A DNA stretch of 35,114 bases. Source: Nitrosopumilaceae archaeon. Lineage in GTDB: Archaea > Thermoproteota > Nitrososphaeria > Nitrososphaerales > Nitrosopumilaceae. The stretch is from contig DATEAJ010000065.1 in the NCBI GenBank assembly GCA_035288445.1, positions 1-35,114 on the forward strand. The letters are read 5' to 3'. Below are positions 17,200-27,115 of the stretch, one piece after another. Each line of letters begins with the position of its first letter. Position 1 is the first letter of the stretch. The notes beneath the pieces were generated by a model. That model was not told the DNA's origin. It saw only the letters and a program-made list of their open reading frames with translations, and did no database searches. A program made the position numbers and the translations under genes.

Positions 17200-18807
17200 T
17201 TAGATCTTACGCAATGTTCTGTTATATGATACGCCAAATCTATGTGCTTCATCTCTGGCATACTGTAAAATTTTTAATGCACTATTGTCTTTTGGAATTA
17301 TGACTGGTTCTTTTATTTTTGGTAAATAAATCTCTTCATTTTCCTTAGCTAGTGAAATACATGGAACATTAACTCCTATACTTTTTAATGCATCTAAAGT
17401 CACTTTCAGATGTCCTTTCCCACCATCTATGAGTATGAGGTTTGGCATCTCTGCTTTTTCTATTCTTAACCTTAGATAGTGTCGTTTAATCACTTCATGA
17501 ATCATCGCATAATCATTTCTTCCATCAACAGTTTTAATCCTAAATTTCCTATATCCTGATTTAGACGGCCTCCCATCAACAAATCGTGACATTGCACCAA
17601 CCGCATAAGATTCACCATGATTTGAAATGTCAAAACATTCTATGATCTGTGGAATCTCAGGAAGATCAAGCTTCTCTTGCAGTTCAACAAGTGCCGGTTC
17701 AGCACCTTTTGAATGGTACATTGCAATATTTCGCATAATGAGATCTATCATCTCACTCCTTTTGCCGCTTGCAGGAACAATGATGCTGACTTTGAACCCG
17801 GCTGTTCTAGAAAATATGTCTTCTAGGATGTCCTTTTTGTCAGGAATTTTATTTGTTACAATGAATCTTGGAATGGGATTTGTACTATAATATTGCGATA
17901 GAAAATTTGAAAACGAATTATCGCCAACAAGGTCAAACGAAAATCTATTTCTGTCTTTAATTACTCCATTTACCTGTCTTAAACTCATTACAATAGCTAT
18001 TTGTCCTTTTATTTTTATTCCAAAATATTCTTCATCGTAATTTCTTGCTACTTCCATTTTCTGTTTTACTTGTAGATTTTGTAATCTTTGTAGCGTCTCA
18101 TGAATCTCTTTTGCTTTTTCATATTGTAGTGCACCTGATGCATCTTTCATTTCATTTTCAAGTTTTTTTTGGAAATCTGTTAGTTTCTTCTTGTCTTTAA
18201 GAACTGACTCAAGTTCTTCGACATGTTGTCCGTACCTTTGTCGCGCATCAACAAATTGACATGGAGCTTCACAATTTCCTAAATGATATTCTAAACATGC
18301 CTCTTTTGGAAGTTTTTTACAAATTCTTATTTTGAATGTTTTACGTAATAACCCTATGGAAAGCATCTTTGAGCTCCCGTGAGTAAATGGACCATAGATT
18401 CTGCCTCCGCCGATAAATTCGCCTGTTCTGGTTCGTCTTGCTACAGCAAGACGTGGGTATTCATCATTTGTTATTCTTAGGTAAGTGTATCGTTGTTGGT
18501 CCTTGAGTTCGATATTAAAAACTGGTCTATATCTCTTGATCATGTTTGCTTCTAGTAAAAACGCCTCGCTTTCATTATCTGTCAAAATGAATTCTATATC
18601 GTGAATTTTTTGAACAAGCTTTTGTGTTTTATAGTTCTGGTTTTTAGTAAAATATGTTCTTACTCGGTCTCTAAGATTTTTTGCTTTGCCAATGTAGATA
18701 ATTTTATCGTCTCTATCTTTCATCATATAGATCCCAGAACGTGTTGGAATTGTTATCTTTGAAAGATCAATCGCATTTGATGTGTTTAGAGATGATTTTG
18801 TAATCAT
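17200..18807 (-). CDS. uvrC: excinuclease ABC subunit C (short form, no C-terminal HhH domain)
   Basis: The 535-aa ORF has a GIY-YIG domain (GIYMMKDRDDKIIYIGKAKNLRDRV), a Cys cluster (CLEYHLGNCEAPC), a UVR-like helix and an RNase-H-like endonuclease domain (DGGKGHL, RDEAHRF). Confidence 0.92.
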   Translation of the reverse strand: MITKSSLNTSNAIDLSKITIPTRSGIYMMKDRDDKIIYIGKAKNLRDRVRTYFTKNQNYKTQKLVQKIHDIEFILTDNESEAFLLEANMIKRYRPVFNIELKDQQRYTYLRITNDEYPRLAVARRTRTGEFIGGGRIYGPFTHGSSKMLSIGLLRKTFKIRICKKLPKEACLEYHLGNCEAPCQFVDARQRYGQHVEELESVLKDKKKLTDFQKKLENEMKDASGALQYEKAKEIHETLQRLQNLQVKQKMEVARNYDEEYFGIKIKGQIAIVMSLRQVNGVIKDRNRFSFDLVGDNSFSNFLSQYYSTNPIPRFIVTNKIPDKKDILEDIFSRTAGFKVSIIVPASGKRSEMIDLIMRNIAMYHSKGAEPALVELQEKLDLPEIPQIIECFDISNHGESYAVGAMSRFVDGRPSKSGYRKFRIKTVDGRNDYAMIHEVIKRHYLRLRIEKAEMPNLILIDGGKGHLKVTLDALKSIGVNVPCISLAKENEEIYLPKIKEPVIIPKDNSALKILQYARDEAHRFGVSYNRTLRKI

Positions 18808-18924
18808 GATTTCTTATAACCATGATGTCAAAATAAGTGTTATAAAAAAATCTATTCAATTAAAGAAGTTTTTGCTTAGTGTTTTTAGCAATTTCTAAAT
18901 CACATGTTTTTTAAGATTAGAAGG

Positions 18925-21771
18925 TTAGTTACTAAAAATTACTGAACGTGGTATGACAGAAAGACTTAGGATCCTTTTGAGATACTGCCCAGTGTAACTT
19001 TTTAGATTTTGAGCTACTTGTTCTGGTGTGCCATACGCAATGATCTGTCCTCCCTTATCTCCGCCTTCAGGTCCCAAATCTATTATCCAATCAGAATTTT
19101 TTATTACATCCATATTGTGCTCTATTATGATTACGGTATTTCCAAGATTGACTAGTCTGTTCAAAACATCCAGTAATTTTTGAACATCTGCAAAGTGCAA
19201 TCCCGTCGTAGGTTCATCTAAAGTGTAGACTGTTTTTCCGGTATCTCTTTTTGAAAGCTCAGCTGCAAGTTTTACCCTTTGAGCTTCACCTCCTGACAAA
19301 GTAGTTGCAGCTTGTCCCAGTTTGATATATCCTAAACCTACATCTGCAATTGTTTGTAGTTTTCTTTGAATTGCAGGTATTTTTGCAAAGAACTCAAGTG
19401 CTTCATCTACTGTCAAAGAAAGAACATCAGAGATGTTTTTTCCTTTGTAAAGAACTGAAAGTGTTTCTGAATTGTAACGCTTACCTTTACATTCGTCACA
19501 CATCACGTATACATCGGACAAAAACTGCATCTCTATCTTCTTTACGCCGTCTCCTTCACATGCAAAACACCTTCCATCTGCTACATTAAAGGAGAATTGA
19601 CCAGGTGGGTATCCTCGTTCTTTAGATGCTTCAGTATTTGCATAAAGTTCACGAATTGGAGTAAATGCACCAATGTATGTAGCAGGATTTGATCTAGGTG
19701 TTCTACCAATTGGTGATTGATCTATGCCAATTATTTTATCAATGTGTTCTTTTCCAAGTATTACTTTATGTTTTCCTGGTCTTTCTGTTGAAGCATAAAA
19801 ATGTGCAGCAAGTGCATTGTATAAAATGTCATTTACAAGTGTAGATTTTCCAGACCCTGATACTCCTGTAACTGTAATCATCAATCCTAAGGGAAACTCG
19901 ACATCAATGTGTTTTAGATTATTCTCAGATGCTTCCTTTACGACCAATTTTCCTTTTTGTTGATGTGATTTTTTTACAAGTCTTATCGCATCATGATTTT
20001 TTAGATATTTTCCAGTAATTGATTTATGATCATTTAAAATATCATTTACCTTTCCTTCGAAAACTACACTTCCTCCATGAATCCCCGCCCCTGGTCCAAG
20101 ATCTACTATCCAATCAGAATTTCGTATGACTTCTTCATCATGCTCTACTACAAGTATGGTGTTTCCAAGATCACGGAGTTTGGTTAGTGTTTTTATGAGC
20201 TTGGCATTGTCTCTTTGATGTAAACCAATTGTGGGCTCATCAAGAACATATAGCACGCCAGTAAGGTTGGAACCTATCTGTGTGGCAAGTCTAATTCTTT
20301 GTGATTCTCCTCCTGACAGTGTGGCACTGACTCTGTTTAGTGTAAGATAATTCAGACCGACGTTTTTCAAAAATTCTAATCTAGAGATGATTTCTTTTAG
20401 AATTGATTTTGCAATATATTTTTCAGTTTCTGTTAATTTCAGATTTTGGAAAAAGTCATAACATATATCAATTGAAAGATTACATGTGTCCATTATTGAC
20501 ATAGAATCAATTTTGACAGCTAATGCTTCGTCTTTAAGCTTTTTTCCTTTACATGAACCACATGGTGTTTCACGCATGAATTTACTAATTTCCTCTCTTT
20601 TAGATTCAGAATCAGTTTCAACAAAATTTCGGTGTAGATTAGGTATGACTCCACTGAAAGTATTGGCATATTGCCACTTTGAATCAGTTGTTTGCGATTC
20701 GTAAGAAAACTGTACTACTTCATCAGTACCATACAAAATGACTTGCATTTGTCTTGGAGTCATCTTGCTCATTGGTGTCATAAGATTAAAGCCAAATTTC
20801 TTACCAACATCCCTAAGTGTTTGTCTTCTAAATGAGGAAAATCTACCTGACCATGGAACAATCGCACCATCAAGTATTGATTTTGATTTGTCTGGGATTA
20901 GTAAATCTGGATCAAACTCCATCTTGACACCAAGACCATGACACGTCTTACATGCACCAAAAGGTGAGTTGAATGAAAACGTCCTAGGCTCTAGTTCTCC
21001 TATTGAAATTCCACAATGTGGACAGGCATTATTTTGTGAAAATATCTGTTCTTCATTTCCTGAAATCAACACAGTTCCTTTTGTTGCCTTTAGCGCATTT
21101 TGGACAGATTCAAATAATCTGCTTTTTTCTTCCTTTGACGCCTTTATTCTGTCTACAACTATCTCTATGTTGTGCCATTTCTGTTTGTCAAGAATTGGAA
21201 TCTCACCATTTAATTCGACAATCTCATTATCTACTCTAATTCTAGAATATCCTGATTTTTTTACTTGCTCGAAGAGCTTCTCATATGTTCCTTTTTTTCT
21301 CCTTACTAGAGGTGCAAGTACCATTATGTTTTTGCCATCTGATTCCTTTAAGATTGACTCACAAATTGATTCTGCTGACTGATTGGATATGCGTCTGCCA
21401 CATTTTGTACAGTGAGGAATTCCTATTCTGGCATAAAGCAGCCTTAGATAATCATAGATTTCTGTTATCGTTCCTACAGTAGAGCGTGGATTTTTACTTG
21501 TAGTTTTTTGTTGTATTGAAATTGCTGGCGATAGACCATCAATTGAATCAAGATCTGGTTTATTCATCATTTCCAAAAATTGGCGTGCATATGCGGACAA
21601 TGATTCTACATATCTTCTTTGACCTTCAGCATAGATTGTATCAAACGCAAGTGTGGACTTGCCAGACCCAGAAAGTCCAGTAATTACAACTAGTCTATTC
21701 TTTGGGATATCCAAGTTGATATTTTTTAAGTTGTGTTCTCTTGCTCCTCGAATTATCAGTCTGTCATTCAT
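18925..21771 (-). CDS. uvrA: excinuclease ABC subunit A
   Basis: The 948-aa ORF has two Walker A motifs (GLSGSGKST, GVSGSGKST), two ABC signatures (LSGGESQR, LSGGEAQR) and zinc modules (CPHCG...CKTCHG). Confidence 0.97.
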   Translation of the reverse strand: MNDRLIIRGAREHNLKNINLDIPKNRLVVITGLSGSGKSTLAFDTIYAEGQRRYVESLSAYARQFLEMMNKPDLDSIDGLSPAISIQQKTTSKNPRSTVGTITEIYDYLRLLYARIGIPHCTKCGRRISNQSAESICESILKESDGKNIMVLAPLVRRKKGTYEKLFEQVKKSGYSRIRVDNEIVELNGEIPILDKQKWHNIEIVVDRIKASKEEKSRLFESVQNALKATKGTVLISGNEEQIFSQNNACPHCGISIGELEPRTFSFNSPFGACKTCHGLGVKMEFDPDLLIPDKSKSILDGAIVPWSGRFSSFRRQTLRDVGKKFGFNLMTPMSKMTPRQMQVILYGTDEVVQFSYESQTTDSKWQYANTFSGVIPNLHRNFVETDSESKREEISKFMRETPCGSCKGKKLKDEALAVKIDSMSIMDTCNLSIDICYDFFQNLKLTETEKYIAKSILKEIISRLEFLKNVGLNYLTLNRVSATLSGGESQRIRLATQIGSNLTGVLYVLDEPTIGLHQRDNAKLIKTLTKLRDLGNTILVVEHDEEVIRNSDWIVDLGPGAGIHGGSVVFEGKVNDILNDHKSITGKYLKNHDAIRLVKKSHQQKGKLVVKEASENNLKHIDVEFPLGLMITVTGVSGSGKSTLVNDILYNALAAHFYASTERPGKHKVILGKEHIDKIIGIDQSPIGRTPRSNPATYIGAFTPIRELYANTEASKERGYPPGQFSFNVADGRCFACEGDGVKKIEMQFLSDVYVMCDECKGKRYNSETLSVLYKGKNISDVLSLTVDEALEFFAKIPAIQRKLQTIADVGLGYIKLGQAATTLSGGEAQRVKLAAELSKRDTGKTVYTLDEPTTGLHFADVQKLLDVLNRLVNLGNTVIIIEHNMDVIKNSDWIIDLGPEGGDKGGQIIAYGTPEQVAQNLKSYTGQYLKRILSLSVIPRSVIFSN

Positions 21772-23705
21772 TTCTTTATCACCTTTTGAATTTGAGCGAG
21801 TTTCTCGCGATATTCTATGGCACGTTCAAAATCAAGATCTTCTGCAAATCTTTTCATCATTGCTTCTGTTTCAATTGCATATTTGATTAAATCATGTCTT
21901 GACATGTGTCTTATCTCCTCTAGTTTTACAGTCATTTGTGGTATTGCTTTTACAATTGTGCTTGGCGTGATTCCCATCTTTTTGTTATAAGAAACTTGTT
22001 TTTTTCTTCTCCTTTCAGTTTCTGCTATTGCAAGCTTCATTGATTTTGTTGGTGAATCTGCATACATTATTACCGTTCCATCTATGTTTCTTGCAGCTCT
22101 TCCAAAACTCTGAATAAGGCTAGTTGTGTTTCTAAGAAAACCCTCCTTGTCTGCGTCTAGTATGGCAACAAGGGAGACTTCAGGTATGTCCAGTCCCTCT
22201 CTTAGCAGATTTATGCCTACAAGGACATCAAACTCACCAAGGCGTAACTGTCGAATTAGTTCAGTCCTTTGTAGATTTTCAATTTCAGAATGCAAGTATC
22301 TTACTTTTACCTGTTTTTTGGATAGATATTCTGCAAGGTCTTCTGCCATGCGTTTTGTAAGGGTGGTAACAAGAACCCGTTGATCTTTTTCTTCTCTTTT
22401 TTTAATTTCTGATACCAAGTCGTCCATCTGGTTTTTGGTACTTCTTGTCTCGACTTGTGGATCAACAAGTCCTGTAGGACGAATTAATTGCTCGACTATT
22501 TGAAAACTTTTTTTACCCTCATAATCGCCTGGAGTCGCCGATACAAAGATCGCATTTTTTATGTATCTTTCAAACTCTTCAAACTTTAATGGTCTGTTAT
22601 CAAAAGCACTTGGCAGCCTAAACCCGTAATCTATCAATGCCTTTTTGCGTGAATAATCTCCTTTGTACATTCCATGAAGCTGTGGTAATGTAACATGTGA
22701 TTCGTCTATTATAAGTAAGAAATCATCTCCAAAAAAGTCAAGTAGGCAAAATGCTGGTTCCCCTGGGTTTCTCCCATCAAAATGTCTTGAGTAATTTTCA
22801 ATACCAGAACAATATCCTAATTCTTCTATCATTTCTAGATCAAAGTTTGTTCGCATTTCAAGGCGCTGTCTTTCTAATTCTTTTAGCTCAGGCAGTCTCT
22901 GTCCAAGTTCATCTTTAATTGAATTTACTGCAATCTGTCTTGCATCATCTGCAACAAGATAATGTTTTGCAGGAAATATTTTAATCTTTGATATTGATTT
23001 TTTTTCTTTTAATGAAACGGGGTCGTGAATTGAAATTTTTTCTATTCCATCACCAAACATGGATATTCGTACAACGTCATCTGAATACGCAGGAATGATA
23101 TCTATGGTGTCTCCTTTTATTCTGAATCTTCCTGATACAAGGTCGGTATCGTTTCTCTCATATCTGGCATTGACAAGTTTTTTAATTAGACCAGAACGGT
23201 TTGAAACCAAACCCTTTTCAATATTAATTGACATTGATTCCCAATCACGTGGAGAACCAAGTGAATAGATGCACGAGACGGTTGCAACAATGACAGTTGG
23301 TTCACCGGAAAGGAGCATCGCAGTTGCCTCAAGACGCATTTTTTCTATTTTTTCATTGATTTGTGTATTTTTTTCTATGTAGGTATCTGTTTGCGGAATG
23401 TAACTTTCTGGTTGGTAATAATCATAATAACTAACAAAATATCCTACATTGTTTTTTGGGAAAAATTGTTTTAATTCAGAATAAAGTTGTGCAGCCAGAG
23501 TCTTATTGTGAGATATGACTAGGGTATTTTTTCCAGTTCTTTGTATGACATTTGCAACAGTGAATGTCTTTCCACTTCCTGTTACGCCAAGCAATGTCTG
23601 AATTTTTTTCTTTCTGACTCCTTCAACTAGTAGATCTATTGCCTGAGGCTGGTCCCCTGTAGGCTGAAAATCTGACGATATTTCAAAACTTTGACTTTGT
23701 AGCAC
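21768..23705 (-). CDS. uvrB: excinuclease ABC subunit B
   Basis: The 645-aa ORF has Walker A (GVTGSGKT), a DESH box (IIDESHVT), helicase C motifs and a C-terminal UVR domain. It uses a GTG start and overlaps uvrA by 4 nt. Confidence 0.97.
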   Translation of the reverse strand: MLQSQSFEISSDFQPTGDQPQAIDLLVEGVRKKKIQTLLGVTGSGKTFTVANVIQRTGKNTLVISHNKTLAAQLYSELKQFFPKNNVGYFVSYYDYYQPESYIPQTDTYIEKNTQINEKIEKMRLEATAMLLSGEPTVIVATVSCIYSLGSPRDWESMSINIEKGLVSNRSGLIKKLVNARYERNDTDLVSGRFRIKGDTIDIIPAYSDDVVRISMFGDGIEKISIHDPVSLKEKKSISKIKIFPAKHYLVADDARQIAVNSIKDELGQRLPELKELERQRLEMRTNFDLEMIEELGYCSGIENYSRHFDGRNPGEPAFCLLDFFGDDFLLIIDESHVTLPQLHGMYKGDYSRKKALIDYGFRLPSAFDNRPLKFEEFERYIKNAIFVSATPGDYEGKKSFQIVEQLIRPTGLVDPQVETRSTKNQMDDLVSEIKKREEKDQRVLVTTLTKRMAEDLAEYLSKKQVKVRYLHSEIENLQRTELIRQLRLGEFDVLVGINLLREGLDIPEVSLVAILDADKEGFLRNTTSLIQSFGRAARNIDGTVIMYADSPTKSMKLAIAETERRRKKQVSYNKKMGITPSTIVKAIPQMTVKLEEIRHMSRHDLIKYAIETEAMMKRFAEDLDFERAIEYREKLAQIQKVIKK

Positions 23706-23754
23706 ATCAAAAATTATTAAAAACGAAATTTAAAGCAATGGTAATTTTACTATT

Positions 23755-24387
23755 CTACCAAAGGGGATCTTCTGACACTTCCAGTCCATTTTTTGTTTGT
23801 TTTATTCCCATAATCTCAAGTGTGCTTTTAGCAGTGGGCGTGTTTCGTTCTAAAATTTTTTGAGCAAGTTCAAGACGGGTCCTTCTGTCCAAATGCTGGC
23901 CTATTTTGTATTTTCCACGCATCGTGGTAGGAATGACTTTAATTATTGCAACTTCGTCTACTACCTTCATATCGGGTCTTATGTTCTCATATCTTCCCTC
24001 TGGCTGGTATTTTTTCATGAGTGCGTTGAGGGCAAGTGATTTTTCATTTCTATCTGAAACTAAACCAGCAACTCCCTTTATCACGATGCTAATGTATAGA
24101 GTATCTGCTTGTGAAGCATCAAGAGGATCAGTAAAATATGAGGGAAGAAATTCTAAGCTTTTATCGACTTCAAAACCAACCTTGTTATTTCTTTTTATGT
24201 TTTCAATTTTTTCACCTTTAGTGTGAGAATGCATGTAAATTACATCATTTCCATAGACAAAATTCATAGGAATTATCTGCGGGTAACCATCTTTGTCAAT
24301 GCTGCAAATTCTACCAGTTTCTTGCTCATTTAGGAATTTGATGATTTTCTCTTTTGATTTGATCTCAAGTCTGCCAAGAAGCTGCAT
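23755..24387 (-). CDS. pyridoxamine 5'-phosphate oxidase-family FMN-binding protein
   Basis: The 210-aa ORF has a split-barrel pattern (DKDGYPQIIPMNFVY ... VGFEVD ... IVIKGVAG) typical of the PNPOx-like/NimA-like family. Confidence 0.65.
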   Translation of the reverse strand: MQLLGRLEIKSKEKIIKFLNEQETGRICSIDKDGYPQIIPMNFVYGNDVIYMHSHTKGEKIENIKRNNKVGFEVDKSLEFLPSYFTDPLDASQADTLYISIVIKGVAGLVSDRNEKSLALNALMKKYQPEGRYENIRPDMKVVDEVAIIKVIPTTMRGKYKIGQHLDRRTRLELAQKILERNTPTAKSTLEIMGIKQTKNGLEVSEDPLW

Positions 24388-24464
24388 ATTATTTGATTAA
24401 CTATGTTTTGATATTTCTGTATATGGTTTTAATAGATAAATTAGGGTGACTTCTACAATATAGT

Positions 24465-24875
24465 ATGAAAATCATGGATCAACTTATTGATTTTAAGGGG
24501 TTTTTACTTGCAGGCAGTGCCGTTATATCGTTTTCACATTTTGTCTATACTTTGTTTGGTTATACCATTCCTGAAATCGTTATACAGTTCTTCAAGGAAT
24601 TTGGGGCAGTAATAGTAATGATGGCTGTATTTGCTTTTGCAGTGACATGGCTTCTAAGGGCAAAACCGCACAAAAGGCCACAAAACTATTCAATAATTGT
24701 ATATGATGTATATGGAAATGAATCTAAAATAGATGGATTAAGAGCTAATTTTAAAACACATGATGTAGCATGGAGTTTTATGAAACAATACAAAAAATTC
24801 TATCCGCTATACAATTTTGCCATGGTATCAGATCTTCCAAATTCCGAAAAAATGACCATATTCAAATATCTCTAA
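24465..24875 (+). CDS. hypothetical membrane protein
   Basis: The 136-aa ORF has two N-terminal hydrophobic helices. A T6 run follows the stop. Confidence 0.5.
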   Translation: MKIMDQLIDFKGFLLAGSAVISFSHFVYTLFGYTIPEIVIQFFKEFGAVIVMMAVFAFAVTWLLRAKPHKRPQNYSIIVYDVYGNESKIDGLRANFKTHDVAWSFMKQYKKFYPLYNFAMVSDLPNSEKMTIFKYL

Positions 24876-24880
24876 ACTAG

Positions 24881-24886
24881 TTTTTT
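24881..24886 (+). terminator. oligo-T archaeal terminator candidate
   Basis: A T6 run lies 6 nt after the TAA at 24873-24875, in a convergent intergenic spacer. Confidence 0.35.
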
Positions 24887-24976
24887 AACTACAACCTGCT
24901 TTTACTAGTGTTCATAGGACAGAGTATATCGATAAAACAATGATTTGAATAATTTCTGATTTTCTAAAACGTGGAT

Positions 24977-25876
24977 TTATCTTCTTTTTTGTTTTTTCTT
25001 GTTTTTTAAGTGCCAGGCAAATATCAAAAATCCGATAACAGAAGATACAATTGTTCCTACTCCTACCACTGGAGCTATGAAAAAGTTTCCTACCCAAATC
25101 CCTTCTGAGCCTCCTATCTCTAAGATTCCTCTCTGTCTTGTAAACACTTTCAGCGAGTCTTCTATGGTGTATTCTTTGCCGCTCTCATCAAAAAATGAAG
25201 TTGATACATTTATTGTAACATCAGTTGGGATTGTAAGATCCTTTGGTGTCTGTAAAATAAATTCAAAATTTTCTGTCTTGCCAGCATCTAGATTCGTCAG
25301 TGAATAGATCTTTTTACCATCTAATGCTACCTGATCTGAATCTGTAATTATCTTGATGTTTTGTGCATTATATCCTTGATTCCTGACAGTTCCTTTGACA
25401 GAGAACATTTCTCCGGCAAATACAGAATCTGGTGCGTTAAGATCAAGTAAAAGTATGGGCTTTGATTGGACATTAAGCTCGATTGCTTTTGTGAGGATAT
25501 TTTTTACTGGCTTTTCATCAAAAAAACCCTTGATAAAATACTCTACTGAAACATTTGTAAGAAATTTTCCGTCTGGTGATTCTGGTTTTATTTTCATGTT
25601 AAAATTGTTACCTAGTGTAGAATCTCTTGGAAGACTTTGTATATTGAATTGATTTTGTGAAATTTCTATTTCTGGCGATGATATGCTAATAGTAATGTTA
25701 GACATCTGATCTGCTTTTGTTTTGACTACTGATGAAAGGACAAATTCGTTTCCCTGTGTAACTACATCGGGGTAATTTATGGTGACATCTATGTTAGCAT
25801 CAGATATGACGCTCTCCATACCATAAACAGGAAAAATGAAAATTGATGCAATAAAAACTAGAATTATTTTATTCAC
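24977..25876 (-). CDS. secreted/surface protein with CARDB-like repeats and a C-terminal membrane anchor
   Basis: The 299-aa ORF has an N-terminal signal-like helix and two Ig-like repeats (PDVVTQGNEFVLSSVV; PDSVFAGEMFSVKGTVRNQG). It ends in a C-terminal TM helix followed by KNKKKQKRR. Confidence 0.55.
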   Translation of the reverse strand: MNKIILVFIASIFIFPVYGMESVISDANIDVTINYPDVVTQGNEFVLSSVVKTKADQMSNITISISSPEIEISQNQFNIQSLPRDSTLGNNFNMKIKPESPDGKFLTNVSVEYFIKGFFDEKPVKNILTKAIELNVQSKPILLLDLNAPDSVFAGEMFSVKGTVRNQGYNAQNIKIITDSDQVALDGKKIYSLTNLDAGKTENFEFILQTPKDLTIPTDVTINVSTSFFDESGKEYTIEDSLKVFTRQRGILEIGGSEGIWVGNFFIAPVVGVGTIVSSVIGFLIFAWHLKNKKKQKRR

Positions 25877-25915
25877 AATCTTAGGTTCAAATCCTAACTT
25901 ATAATATTGTTTGAA

Positions 25916-27001
25916 CTATTTTTTTGGATTGTATTTGTCTTTAAAGTATGGCAAGACAGTTGAGCCAAACTTGTCTATTGCGCCAAAGTAACCAGACCCC
26001 CAGAATCTGATAATAAAGTGGTTTACGCCAGCTTTTAGGAATTTCTCAAACACTGGTATGATATCATCTGGTGTTCCAAGTGCAATCGATGAGCGTGCTA
26101 CTTTGTCAGGTATTGTTTGAGCTGCTTCTCGCATCTTGACTATCCATTCCTGATTTGACATCGAATACTCTGTGAAATATTTCTTAAAATCAAAACCAGC
26201 TACGTCTTGTATGCCGTGCACTTTGAGAATCTCTGGTTTGAAAAGACTGACCTTCACTGCGTTTTTCATTTTTGCCCATGCTTCTTCAGCATCATCTGCA
26301 AAATAGACATCGATATCAACTGCATACTGAAAATCTTTTCCATCTCTACCGTTTTCTTTCATTGAATCTTTTATCACATTGGCATGAACTTCATAAAGCT
26401 CAGGAGTATATCCGATTGGAATCCAACCGTCGCCAAACTTTCCACAAAGCCCTAATGTTCTTGGTGCGCCAGCTGCCATGTAAATTGGTGGGTGTGGTTT
26501 TCTAACACTTTTTGCTTGAAGACAAGCTTCTTCTAATTGATAAAACTCTCCTTTGAAATTAACTCTATGTTCAGGTGATGATTCGAAAAGTAATTTTATG
26601 ACTTGAAGTTGTTCTTCAAATCTCCCAACAGGTTTGTCCCATTGTATCTTAAACTCCTTGATGTTTTGTGCTTCGCCTGCACCTATTCCAAGCGCGCCTC
26701 TTCCATGTGAGACTCTGTCTAATGTAACTGCAGACAAGGCAATATTTGATGGGTGTCGTCGGACCGCATCAGTTACACAAGTTCCAAGTTCTACATTATT
26801 TGTAATGGATGCAATAGCAGAAAGCATTACCCATGGGTCATTTACAATTGCATGATTCCATTGTGGAACGTTTGTGTGGTCCATATACCAAATTGAGTTA
26901 TATCCCATTCTGTCAGCCAACACACAGGCTGTAAGAATCTGATCCTCAGTTAATCCCAGTCTTGCAACATTCAACCCTTGTTGAATTCCAAACTTGATCA
27001 T
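25916..27001 (-). CDS. LLM-class (luciferase-like) flavin/F420-dependent oxidoreductase
   Basis: The 361-aa ORF has a TIM-barrel LLM pattern (WYMDH, GALGIGAGEAQN, PPIYMAAGAPRT), similar to Mer-like enzymes. Confidence 0.75.
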   Translation of the reverse strand: MIKFGIQQGLNVARLGLTEDQILTACVLADRMGYNSIWYMDHTNVPQWNHAIVNDPWVMLSAIASITNNVELGTCVTDAVRRHPSNIALSAVTLDRVSHGRGALGIGAGEAQNIKEFKIQWDKPVGRFEEQLQVIKLLFESSPEHRVNFKGEFYQLEEACLQAKSVRKPHPPIYMAAGAPRTLGLCGKFGDGWIPIGYTPELYEVHANVIKDSMKENGRDGKDFQYAVDIDVYFADDAEEAWAKMKNAVKVSLFKPEILKVHGIQDVAGFDFKKYFTEYSMSNQEWIVKMREAAQTIPDKVARSSIALGTPDDIIPVFEKFLKAGVNHFIIRFWGSGYFGAIDKFGSTVLPYFKDKYNPKK

Positions 27002-27115
27002 TTTTCCATAACCCTATAATATCATGATGATTTGTTTGCGGTATTTAAGTTTAGTAAATTACACAAAAATCAGAATTTATTATTTAATAAAAATCAATGA
27101 AATTTGGATGTGTGA

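Noticed and set aside
19350-21482. Several 65-137 aa ORFs lie on the + strand inside uvrA (19350..19589, 20486..20704, 20738..20941, 20969..21382, 21003..21239, 21285..21482). Similar ones lie inside uvrB, uvrC and carB.
   Set aside because: They are antisense shadow ORFs fully nested in strongly supported genes. Their low-complexity, Leu/Ser/Phe-rich translations are typical of the reverse frame of AT-rich coding DNA.
17200-23705. The presence of bacterial-type UvrABC in an archaeon, considered as a novelty.
   Set aside because: This is already well established for mesophilic archaea. Only the short UvrC and the neighbouring nuclease were kept, as minor observations.
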